64,000 nucleotides of DNA from the human T2T-CHM13v2.0 reference genome, Homo sapiens, in the NCBI RefSeq assembly GCF_009914755.1, contig NC_060937.1, one strand, 5' to 3'. The notes beneath the pieces are model-generated. The model saw only the letters and a list, made by a program, of their open reading frames with translations, ran no database searches and had not been told where the DNA came from. Positions 13,335 to 25,698 of the stretch are shown piece after piece; within the stretch, counting starts at the first letter, position 1, and every line of letters starts with the position of its first letter. The position numbers and the translations under genes were made by a program.

Positions 13335-13458
13335 TTTTTTTAAACACCTTTATTGAGGCGTAACTGATATACAAAAGCCTTCACATATTCAGTGTGTACA
13401 ATTTGATGAGTTTGAAAATATGCATACACCTGTGAAACCATCGGCACAATCAAAGTAA
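13335..13458 (-). mobile_element. L1MA10/L1MB1-type 3' terminus, antisense
   Basis: T-run then tttattgaggcgtaactgatatacaaaa...tgtacaatttgatgagtttg...tgtgaaaccatcggcacaatcaa. Confidence 0.8.
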
Positions 13459-13459
13459 T

Positions 13460-14075
13460 TTCTGAGAGGTAGCTGCTCTCCCATGTATACTACAGCATTA
13501 TTTACAATAGTCTAAATATAGAAACAACCTAAATGTCCATTGACAAAAAAGAAGATAAAGAAGTTATGATATGTCACCAAACAATGGAATATTGTTCAGG
13601 ATTTAAAAAGATGAAAATGTCATCTTTTGTGAAAACATGGATGCAAGTAGAGGACATCATGAAAAGTGAAATAAGCCAGTCAGAGAAAGACATATGTTGC
13701 ATGATTCCACCTATACAGAATATCTAAAATAGTCAAACTCATAGAAGCAGAGAGTAGAATGGTGGTTGCCAGGGAATGGGTGAATAGGGAAATGGAGACT
13801 TGTTGCTCAATTGATATAAAGTTTTGGTTACCCAAGATGAAAAAGTTTTAGAGATCTGCTGTACAACATTGTGTTTATAGTTAACAATATAACATTTAGC
13901 ACTCCAAAGTTTAAGAGGATACATTTCATTTTACGTGCTTTCACCATGCCCACACACACACTCAGACTTGTGAGCATGCAGCGTGCAAACACAAAAGACG
14001 GTAATTCATCAAAATGTATATATTAAAATGTGCAGTTATTTTTATATCAATTATATCTCAATAAAGACTTAAAAA
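13460..14075 (+). mobile_element. L1MA9/10-type 3' fragment (ORF2 end, 3' UTR, polyA signal)
   Basis: cagcattatttacaatag...acaacctaaatgtccat...aagtgaaataagccag...gagatctgctgtacaac...ctcaataaag. Confidence 0.9.
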
Positions 14076-14376
14076 GAACAAGATAACATATTAGATACTA
14101 GAAATTTTAAGAAAAAATGTCTTTTTTACAATATTTCTTTAGCCTCATCCAATTTGCAGCAAATTTGAAGTGACAATTATTCGATAAAAAATCATTTTTT
14201 AAGACTTACTTTGATTAGTTATATTTATAGAAATTTAATATATTTTTACAAATATAGAACAATTTTTAGTCACTGAATGACTTGCATTTTTTATTATCTG
14301 TTAACTAAGAGATATGCAACCAAAGTGTTAACCTTTAACGCAGCTAAAGTTTCCTTTAAAAAAAAAAAAAGATATC

Positions 14377-14474
14377 GTTCCCATAATTAAAGACACAACC
14401 AGGCAGTTATCCTTAGAAGAAGCCAGCTAGACATTTTAAGCATTAGTAATTAATTTCAAAAAATCCTTGTGAAC
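14377..14474 (+). repeat. Copy 1 of a ~98-bp dispersed direct duplication (partner 15356-15454)
   Basis: gttcccataattaaagacacaacc...aaatccttgtgaac occurs twice with about 3 differences. Confidence 0.95.
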
Positions 14475-14908
14475 TTTGTACCATTTTAAAATTATGTATT
14501 TATAAGTTTCAATAAACCAGTTAGCATTAGAGTTACCATGAAATTTAAGAGACCTTATAATAAGTTTCATTTTTTTTTCTACTTAGTTTTATGTAGACCT
14601 GGGCTAGATATTCCTGGACAATGCATATATGATGACAGACTTTAAAGCAATTTAAAAGGCCGACTGTTGTCAAATTAAAAAATCCCCACAGGAGAGTGAG
14701 GGTACAGGGTAATAACGATTTGACACTGTAGTTCCTATGTTAACCACATAACAGACCGAAATGTTATCTGTGACAGCTACAAGATAGACTTAGGAAAGCA
14801 CCAGAAAAGAGAGCAACTGATTCTCTTTTCCCAAGCAATCACCAAAAAATAAGAAACAAAATAAGACTGAAAGTTCAGTGACAGACAACTGATGGTCAAA
14901 ATCATATT

Positions 14909-15208
<300 letters not shown>

Positions 15209-15355
15209 TCATATATAAGTCATGAACTATGGTAACTCAGAGCTACAGTTCCTCAAATCGTCCCGGTAAATGTAATAAATTTAAGGGAGTCTCTAAGAAG
15301 AATCAAATCTTAGTCACCACTGCAATTGTACCTGAAGACCAAAACAAAAGATAAT

Positions 15356-15454
15356 GTTCCCATAATTAAAGACACAACCAGGCAGTTATTCTTAGAAGAA
15401 GCCAGCTAGACATTTTAAGCATTAGTAATTAATTTTTAAAAAATCCTTGTGAAC
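15356..15454 (+). repeat. Copy 2 of the ~98-bp dispersed direct duplication
   Basis: Near-identical to 14377-14474. Confidence 0.95.
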
Positions 15455-15581
15455 AAAAAGGCACAGGTAAGAATGTGTTTCTGGTCTTAAGGCTGGCAAC
15501 ACCAGCACCAAGTGAGGCCGACAAGGCAATTTTGGTGGATCTCCTAAAATGTCTGATAAAATAAGGCCAGGGCTAAGTACT

Positions 15582-15647
15582 ACTATGACTATGACTATGA
15601 CTACGACTATGACTACGACTATGACTATGACTATGACTATGACTACA
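15582..15647. repeat. Hexanucleotide microsatellite (ACTATG)n, about 11 units with ACTACG variants
   Basis: Read directly; it produces the TMTMT tract of ORF 15549-15731. Confidence 0.95.
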
Positions 15648-18309
15648 ACTAATCATACTACTACCTGTAATAATAATTACAAAGCTGCTGAGTCTATTAA
15701 CTTGCCAGGCAAGGGAACACTCAACAGTTAAGAAATTTACTAAGTCTCTGCAGTGTATAATCAGGGTTCATTAAGTGATTAAAAGAAGGGAATTCACAAT
15801 AGTTATGCTAATTAAGAGCCAAAACTAGAACACCAAATTAAGTGAAATGAGTTTATACTTCTGCACTGTCCATTCATCAGGAAAGACTCCTTAATTTGTT
15901 GAATAAATAAATGTTCATTCAGCTCACTCAAATTCATGACATCTTATCAGCTTTAGCTGGTTAGAGCCAGTTATTATGAAATGAAACAATCGGTTTTGCT
16001 ACATTCTAGGGAAGTGCTATTGTAGATATGTTTATGTGTGAACTAGATTGGTATGTAAACTGCATTTCTTAGTATGAGTTTCTGCCAAAAAAATTGAGTA
16101 CCACTAGTTTAGATGTTAGGCAACATTAATTATTTGTCATATATATTTTGACTCTTCTCTAGATCCTAAATGCTCAGAAAGTTAGTTATTTTAAAATCAC
16201 AGTTTTTTAAAGATAAAATAAAAAATGCTGATAGTCTTTATGGGGAGTTTTTGGCTAAAATTAGGTTAGAATAAATGCCGTGTTTCCTTTCTTTTGCTGA
16301 TCAGTTTGTAGTAAAGAGATATAAGAAAATGAACTTCTCATAATTTTTTAAATGCACCAAATAAAGGAGAATGGACAAAAGCTATCAGTGTTACACATTG
16401 TTAAAAGAAGCTTTACTAACCTTGGCATAGAAAAGATGTCCAAGGTGTTTATCAGCAAACTGAATTACAAATGCAAAGTCAAATAAAAGTTTTACAATGC
16501 AAAGCTGAAATCAGGATTAGATCATTTTGAGGCATCTGGGTTGCTTTTTCATGGGTATATACTTAAGCTTGATTAGACAGGAGTAAAATGGAAATCATGA
16601 ATTTATAGGCAGGGGTACATACATTTAAAATAATGAAATTGGTCTGCATGGAGTAGCTTAGCTAGCAGATTGTCACAGCATGATCTCTCATTAGGATATT
16701 TCCTTGAAGCTTAAGATTGTTAGCGTAAACAAGGCAGAAATATCCAGATGATAGTGGCTAGACACAGGTATTCTTCTTCAAACTTAACTGTTCTTTGAAG
16801 AATTATATGGTCCACAGAAATCCTGATAGGTATACTGCGAATATCAATCACAATAAGTATTATCACAAACTTTAAATAAGCACAGTGTGCTCCAGCTTAC
16901 TTAAACTGAGAGTTTATGAGACTAATTGTCTTCCGTTATATGCAGATATTTGAATAAGCCATGTCTAAAGTATATTTTCCTTCTGAAATTTATTTTTGCT
17001 TAAATTGGAGCTAATGTCTGGCTTTGCAGTTAAGAGATATTCATATAAATATCCAGTGTCATATTTAAACCCAGATTTCAAAATTCTTTATGGTTTTGAC
17101 TATTTCAGCTTCTTTATATGTTTTGGAAATACAGTAGAATTCAAAAACTCAGATTTTTTTGGTTGCAAAATTGCATTTCCTAATATTAGGATTCGAATAT
17201 GTCATATGAAATCTAGAGAAAGTTTTTGCACCTCCCATCAATTTTTCAAGAATTTGAGTTTGTTTTATGCATCAATATGTTTGAAAATGTTTACATTTTG
17301 ATGAATTAAAATCTCATGTTAAATAATATAGTTTACCTCTATTGATGTAAATCCTTTATCTCTTCCTTTATACACATTTTAGAATTTACATGCTCTAAAA
17401 GTTACATGCTATTGTCTCTAGCAAACTTCAAGTGGGCTGTTCACTGTTCAAAGTCTTTTGAAATATAATTTTTCCTGCATAAAATATTTTATTACATAAA
17501 ATATTTAGGTCAAACCCATATTTATGCCTTCATAAAGGTATATTTGCAGAATGCATGATGATGAAAGAACTACTTTTCCTTTTTTAGATTTTGAATAAAA
17601 GACTGTGCTTCGGGAGAGAAAATAAGGATGTAAAAGTGAGCAAGATTAGCTATGGTAGCTATAAATGAGTGTCTTTCAGTAGTAGTCCAACTTCTAGTCT
17701 AAATATTAGTGAGATAAGAGCCTAGGCAGTGTTTCTATTCAATTAATCATGGCTACCTTTCCTATACAATTCTTATTTCATCATTAATTTTTAAAATATT
17801 CTTTTACTCTTTAATTTTAAGAATAAAAATTATAAATCTTTTGTGAGTACAAATAACAACAGCATATATACAACCAATAATACTTGGTAAATGGATATCA
17901 ACCTGTCAGTAATTCAATAAATACAATATTACTTATACCATTGAAGGTCCTTTATGCTCATCATAGAGGTAATACCCCTCCCGCCCTTTTAGAGTTAACC
18001 ACTGGCTAACTTGTGTGTTTCTACTGCTTTTCATTATAATGAAAATACACACAAATACACACACACATATTCTTATGTATGTTCTTATAATTTAATACAT
18101 ATTAATCTGTCAGCTGTAAATACTCTCAAAAATTATTTTCTAGTTGTACCAGTAAATAATGCAAAAACATTTATCACAGTTTGATGTATCAGTTAATTTG
18201 AACTAATCATTATTTTCTGTCTCTCACTTACAATTTGTCATTATTTGCTGTTGTATGTCCTACATTATAAACTCCAGGAAAGCACAGATATGTTTTGGCT
18301 ATCTTGTTT

Positions 18310-19019
18310 TGTTGAGGGAATGAAGGACTGGAGAGACCACAGGGTGAGACAGTAGAATTTTACTGAGTGCAGTCCGGCCCAGCAGCTTAACATCCAAAAA
18401 CTGAGCCAAGAACAAAGACAGGTCTCGGCTTTTATACACACTTCAAAAAGGGGGCTGGCTAGTTTGAAGCAAGCTTACAGTGGTGTGAAGTGTAGTGGCA
18501 CAAAAGCAAGTGTGCAGAAAGAAGCAGAACAAAGACAGTTAATCAAATTGTGACAGGTGCATAACTCAGGATTACGTATGACATCTTGCTATGTGGCTCA
18601 GATGGCTGTTACCTAGGTTTTACTCAAGTGCCTTGCATGGGCTTATCTCATAACATTCGCTATGGTGCCCAGGTGACCGTAGTTCAGGCCTGCTCAGGCT
18701 TCTCATGACCTTCACTGTGCTGCCTAGAATACTTGAAGGTACTAGTTACAGAGAATAGAAATCCATAAACTCCTAGGTTTACTTATATCATAAGAGAAGG
18801 GAAAATTTGTTTTTTCTTCTCCTTATGTTGAGGGAGTGCTGGGAGAGTCTCCAGAGCACATTCCTTTGAGCCCTGGTTTCTTATATAACATTATTGGAAC
18901 TTTTGCCTGTGTCTGGGTTTTGCCTGTCATTGCCTTTGGGATGAGTCAGCCTAATACAGAAAGCTTATTTCTTTCTCTTTTTAATTTTATTTTTCTTTCT
19001 TTCTCTAATTTCTGCCTCA
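18310..19019 (-). mobile_element. ERV1 solo LTR, MER50-like, inserted in an L2 tail
   Basis: Minus strand starts TGAGGCAGAAATTAGAGAAAG...TATTAGGCTGACT and ends CAACA; perfect 4-bp TSD gttt at 18306-18309 and 19020-19023. Confidence 0.85.
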
Positions 19020-19189
19020 GTTTAATGCTCAAATTCCCCAAATTAGCATATATCGTTACTAAAAAACAAAATGCTCACAACCCCTTTCTCTTTTTTCATT
19101 TACAGCAATATTTATGCAAAACATAAAGTTTCTCTGCATCTAATTTTTCATAGATAACTTCATTGAATCCACTCCCACCATTTTTTTTG

Positions 19190-20445
19190 CTTCTACTTCC
19201 CCACAGAAACTGCTCTTATCCTGGTCTCCAATTATCTTCATGTTTCTACCTTCAGATTTTCCTTCTGCTTTGTTTCTAATTCTACTCCTCTCTATAACAT
19301 CTTAAAAAGTGTCCCAAGTTTCAAACTCTTCTATTTATAGTCACTTTGGTGATGTTACTCCATGTTTTTTTTAATACTTTTGAGTAAAATCTGTACACTT
19401 AGTACTCCCAAATTTATAAATTCGGCTTTGCAATCTCCTTTGAGTTACAGACTCTCAGGCATAGGTGCCTATTCAATGTCACTTCTCAGATGCCTACTAG
19501 GCATACAAAATGCCAATATGATTCTTCTATTCACCCCTAAAATGTCTGCTTCTTATACTCTTTCTCATTTCAGTTAGTGACACAGCCATTCTGTTACTTA
19601 GGCCAAACTCTTTGAGTCATCCATAGTGTTTAACATCTTCTCACATTACACTTTAATTCCTAATTCCTCAAAAAAAAAAAAAAAAAAGTGGGTTCTTTCT
19701 AACAACATAGCTGAAATTTGACCACTTCTCTCTATCTCTGCTGTTTTCATCATGATAAACTCTGTATTGTTCCTTTCCTGAATTATTGTGAGTTTCTCCT
19801 AATTGATTTTTTTTTGTATCACACTTGACTCCAAGAACATACTCTCAATTCAAGGGCTAAAGTGGCTTTCAAGTTATGTTACATCGTGTTACTACTATGT
19901 CCAACACTTTCTGATGACTTCCCAACTCATGTGAAATTCAAAATCATCACAATGGCTTACCAGGCCTATGAGATGCACTCTCACCACATCCTCATTATTT
20001 ATCTAATCACATTTCTTGTTTCTCATTCATTCACAGACCTAGTTATTTGAAGCTAATAGTCAACTTGTGATTATTCTGTTGTGTTCTACCTGTTGTGTTG
20101 CTGAATTAAAATGCTCTTCCTCACAATATGAAAATGGCTCATTCCCTCAACACATTCCATTTTTTAGCCAGTAGCATTTTTATGAAGGTATTTCATTACC
20201 ACCCTATTTAAAATTGAAGTCCTTAACACTCCTGATTATCTTTTCTTGTTTTTTGTTCCTCACAAAAAACATGACACCTACTTTTAAAATGTCAATTGTT
20301 TCTCTTTCAATGTGAAATGTATGCACTATGAGGTTAGGGAAATATTGTTTATTTTGCCTTCCCAAGCAAGACATGGTGTTTAATAAGCATTTGTTGAATA
20401 AATATACAAATATTTGTTGAACAAACAAATAAATGACTGACTGAT
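19190..20445 (+). mobile_element. L2 (L2a-like) 3' ~1.2 kb
   Basis: aaactgctcttatc, gaccacttctctctatctctgctg, tcacaatggcttaccaggccta, tail catttgttgaataaat...aaatgactgactga. Confidence 0.8.
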
Positions 20446-21199
20446 TTGACTGCTCCCAACCACTAGGACCATCTGGATCAATGGAAGATATGAAAAACAT
20501 CAGAAAGGGAAGAATGTTGTCAAGTGTTGCCAGAGCACTGTAAAAGTCAAACACCACACCATATTCTGCCCCCAAGTAGAATTAACACAAAATAATTTTG
20601 TAGAAAGGAGAGATACCTTAACTAACAAGGTTAAATTTGAAATTGGTGAAAAAAAGAAAAGCACATACATGTATGATCTAGATACAGAACCCATGTTTTA
20701 CAAGGGAGAATAAAAACAGTTACTTTTATTGTATGCCTGAGTTTCATGGTTTCACTGTATCATATTGGCTGCATATGGGGCTAATTTCTGATTACAGAAA
20801 AGTCTTATGCCATTTGCGTAGAGATTTGAAAACCCAAGGCTAAAACTAAAGGGTCATCATCCTAAATGCATGTCTGTAAATGTTTTCTAGAATTGTGACC
20901 CCTTGGTGATACTGCTGGGCAGAGAAGTTACTTCCAGAATTTATTGCTTTTTTATGAAACATAGATTCTGGTAACACTAGCTCTAAATGTCTAGTTACTC
21001 TAAACTGTTTTAAATTTTATGTCAAGATAGGTTGCAAAAGGAGATAAAGGAATAGAATACCATTTTTGGAGTGTATTGATGAGCCTAAATTTGAGGCTCA
21101 ATAGAACATCTATAAACAGAGGCACATTTCTAGTTATTAAAAGGCCAAATTTTGAATTAGGTCTTTTTTTGAATTTGAACTTTTATCCCAAAAGAGCAG

Positions 21200-21744
21200 T
21201 GTCAAGGCAAATATTTCACTAGACAAAGTTAACAGCAGGGAATACTTTATCCAAGGGTATTGAAATTGTGGACAGAGGCCAGCATTCAATCTGAGCTCTA
21301 CTCTACACAAAGAACTGAAGCATTTTTAAGATATAAGGTAAGAGGATGATAGGCCACATGTGTTTGCTAATTGGCTTTACTGAAAGGAAAAATAGACATT
21401 TTAATATTTTTATGACAGGAAGTATTTTCACAACTTGGCTCAAGGCACCAGTACTAATGTAGGTTTTATCCTCCCATAGAAACTGGTAGATAGGGGTATT
21501 CAACTTGATGATTACATTTGAAAGGGATGGGGCTCAGGTCCTTGAGAAAATATTCCTGGGTTGTTAAACTGGTAAGAGGCTGCAAAAATACTTACATCTC
21601 AAAGGGACAGAGAAAGAATTTACAGTTTCAAGTGTTCTAAATCAAATGGTATATAAAAAGGAAGGTCAGTGGCCTAGAGTAGGAACAAGCCTGTGTAAAG
21701 TTTTGTGAAGCTGAGGGGAATGAATACTAAGGTCCTCTTGGTCA
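21200..21744 (-). mobile_element. ERV1 solo LTR, MER67/MER31-group
   Basis: Minus strand begins TGACCAAGAGGACCTTAG...CCCCTCAGCTT and ends TTGACA; TSD not preserved. Confidence 0.7.
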
Positions 21745-22371
21745 TGACTGCTATGTACATTAGCATCAGATCATCCCTAAAGGCAGATCAACACTGCCAG
21801 CCTTGCAAACCAGCATGCCTTTATCATCTTGTGGTTTGTAATTGACTGAGAACCATATGCTATAAATATTTTATTTTGTTTTTTCACAGCATTGACATCT
21901 CAAGATGACAACTTTTAGATTCTCAACATTTGTAGATAGTCTTTGTTGATTTTTTCCCACATGACACACTTTTTAGTAACTCTGTGTAATATGGAACTAA
22001 TAACTGAATTGCAATGGTGATGACCCCAACCTATTAACTTCAGCCTTCAGTAACAGCGGGGATATGCAAGGATATAGAAACGAAAAATATAATTGTCTTC
22101 AGTATTTTTTCTTCTCACTAAGCGTAGTCCTTGTTGGACAGGACACAGTCAAAATAATCTTTATAATTGATTTTAAGAAATTTTATGTGGTAGCTCTACA
22201 TTTTATTAGCATGAGCCTTTGTTATAAAAATATTATTGTATATATATATATAAGATGTAAATAATGATGATTTTGATATACATATAGATAGTAAAAAGAA
22301 TTTTTTTTAGATAAAACCCAGAAGACAGTATAACATTATTGAGTTTTCTACAGAATTGTTTTTGTATTTCT

Positions 22372-22455
22372 GCTTTTTAATTATATTTTTAGTTGACATG
22401 TAATAATTACACATATTTATGGGGTACATAACAATATTTTGATACATGTATACAA
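22372..22455 (-). mobile_element. Short L1MA/L1PB 3' end
   Basis: ttgacatgtaataattacacatatttatggggtaca...tttgatacatgtataca. Confidence 0.75.
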
Positions 22456-22859
22456 GGACTTCAGTATTTTTCATTCTCACTAATTATAATCTTTAATGGG
22501 GGGATGTCATTAAGAGTATCTTCATAATTTATTTCAAGAAATTGTCTCCAGTAGTTCTACATTTTATTAGTTTGAACCTATTTTATAACTAGACAGCTTT
22601 CCTCAGTGTATGGTCCAGAATTCCACAAGGTGGCTCTGTGCCTCATTGTCAGAGCTGATAGTAATTCCAGTCACTATCTAAGTTTGTCATTTGTTTGCAG
22701 CATTTATTTCTCACAGGAGAATAAAGCCAAAATTTTTTAATCAAGTTAGAAGACATCATTTGATAATTACATTGCTTTTTAATGTGTATGAGTCTTAGCA
22801 CCTTGAGTTAGGAAAGATTGTCAATGATTGAATTAAACTGATAATACCTAAAAAAAAAA

Positions 22860-23050
22860 ATCCTGACAATTTTATAGTACTTATTATATATTATATATTA
22901 ATTAACTCATTTATTCCTCACAATATTACTAAAGACAATATAAATATTATTGTTATTTTCAAAATAAGAAAACTGTGGCACAATATGTTAAGTAATTTGC
23001 CTAAAATCATAAATTAGTACTTGATGAGTTTTGATCCCAAGCTGTCTGAA
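22860..23050 (-). mobile_element. MIR SINE
   Basis: ttaactcatttattcctcacaat...aagaaaactgtggcaca...gttaagtaatttgcctaaaatca. Confidence 0.75.
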
Positions 23051-23542
23051 TTTAATTTTATAATCAAACATTCATAAACTGTTCTGCATCTCCTAAAATA
23101 AAACTTCTAAGATAATCATATATAAAATTTAATTTTAAATATAACTTGAAACATGTCATTTTCCTGAGTGTCTGTCTTATCTAATACATAATATCAGAAT
23201 CAAATGTTGATACTACTTAATAATTTTATTTTATGTAAGAAAATATAAAAAAGACTATTAGCACAGATTGTGTGCATTTCATCATGCCAATATTATATCA
23301 TTAACATGTTAATTTCACTTATAATGCAATTAGACATTGTGTAAGCTTTGTTTCAAATACAATTATGCAAAAATTATATCTAACACAAATTCATTTTAAT
23401 TTTACATGTTTTCTCTCAGCTGATTTAATTTTGGGGAGGGGACCAATATTTTACAAACAATGAAACAGAAATGCCTAACACCAGTTAATACTCTAAATCC
23501 ACATTTGAAAATACCAATATTTTATTTTAAAAATATTCTAAG

Positions 23543-23589
<47 letters not shown>
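23543..23589. repeat. (ATCT)11 / GATA tetranucleotide STR
   Basis: Perfect tandem array read directly. Confidence 0.97.
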
Positions 23590-23597
23590 CTACTTAG

Positions 23598-23702
23598 CTT
23601 GTGGTAATCCCTTCACAATGTATACCTATATAAATCCTCAAATTTTCAGCCTTAAATATGTACAGTTTTATTTTTCAATTCTACCTCAATAAAGCTGAAA
23701 AA
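23598..23702 (+). mobile_element. L1M 3' terminus
   Basis: gtggtaatcccttcacaatgtatacc...ctacctcaataaagctgaaaaa. Confidence 0.75.
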
Positions 23703-23884
23703 TGTATATATATTTGCGGAACCAAAAAGAAAAAGCACACAAAAAGGCATTTGTATGAATATATTTTACTTTAAAAATCAAAGAGGAAACCACATTTGAA
23801 AGGTGTATAATTTATGAAGATAATTTTTCTATTCTTTTATTGAGTTTACATATACCCATGCATCTTTGAAAATATAATTCTACA

Positions 23885-24182
<298 letters not shown>

Positions 24183-25099
24183 CTACATATTGTAAAACAA
24201 TATTTTATTTTAACAGTATAATAAATATATTTATTTATCATAAATATAAAATATAAAATATATTTATTATATTTAAAATATAATAAATATATTTTATTTT
24301 ATTTTTATTTTAAAAATATAAAAATAAAACATATTTTATTTTAAAAAGCAGCATGTGCTTTGCTTTTTTTTCCCCCTAGTTATTTTGCATCTGATGCACA
24401 ATACTAGATGCTCCACTTATTGGCATATCCTGTGTATGCATCTGCATGTATAAAGGTGGCACATTTCTTCTTTATTTTAGGACTTCTGAATTAATGGGAA
24501 ACCAACTAGACTTAAATTTAAGGGTCAGAGTTTTCTGGTGTCTTTCTTAACATTGCCTAGGGGGATTCTTCTCACTGCAGAAATTTCACATTCAATCACA
24601 GTATACCCTGGGGGCATTTGTCATGGTCTTGGCAGGTTAGATAAATAGTTACATAAAATCAGGGGTGAAGGTCAATAAGGACAAGTCTGAGGTAGCTAAA
24701 TTAAAAGCAAAATACCAGTTATAATGTTACTTGTAGTGGAATGACTAGTTAAGTTCAAATAGAGCAGAATCACAACTGTCAAGTTATAGATTTACAAAAG
24801 CATATTTTGACTCTATGGTAATAGGCAATTTAAATCAAAAATCTATTTTTGTACAAGGTTATTCTCAGGACCTGTGAGAACCTGTTATCTTCCTATCACA
24901 TATATGATTTGTTGATCACAATTGATTAAAAAAATGAATTAAATCAGAATAAAAACCAAAATGGGAAGGAAAATTAGAGGAGTGCATGATAAATGAAAAC
25001 TATGAGTCGATTCAAAGTGACTTTTTATTAATTTATGAGTACAGAAGTGTTAGTTCCTTTAGTCCTGACTAGAAATTGTTAGCAACAAGTAGAATCTAA

Positions 25100-25560
25100 T
25101 TAATCATTCATTTTGCATTATTAAATATGTATTAACCACTGTGCTAAAATTATGTCATAGTTCCTACAGTCGCAAAGTATAATCTACTTAAGTCATTCAG
25201 TAATTGGAAAAAAAAATCATTGTTTTCTTATAAATATTTATCATAGGGAAAACTGGGAGACCAACTTTTAATAAATATACAAATAAATGAATACATTTAT
25301 TAATATAGTGTTACATATTTTAAAGAAAATTTAAATATAGAGATATTACTTATGGGGTCTGGTGGGATGGGCAGCATTGTATATAGTGCTTAGAGAAGGT
25401 CTTTCTGAAGAGCTAATATTATTTATGAGATTTAAATGGTGAGAAAGAGACAGATGTTAGAAGACAAGAGGTTCAGACAGAAAGATTATCTAGGGCAGAG
25501 GCTCTAAGGCAAGGATGAATGACAAGAATGTTTAAAGGGAAGATCAAAGAGCAATGTGGA
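25100..25560 (-). mobile_element. L2 3' fragment
   Basis: tagagaaggtctttctgaagag...tgagatttaaatggtgagaaagag...ggctctaaggcaagga. Confidence 0.55.
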
Positions 25561-25698
25561 AATGATAGTGTACAAGTTATCAGCAAAGGTGTTAAGTACT
25601 CTACAGAGCCTCAGTTGCTTGTACCTAAGTAGAAGACAGGTAAAACTTTTCTACTCAAGAACACTTCAGTTGATAATTTATGACAGTCAATGACAAAG

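Noticed and set aside
15464-15472. Strong donor-like CAG|GTAAGA
   Set aside because: No convincing paired acceptor or transcript evidence; expected by chance in 64 kb
15549-15731. Thr/Met-repeat peptide ORF
   Set aside because: Simply the translation of the ACTATG microsatellite
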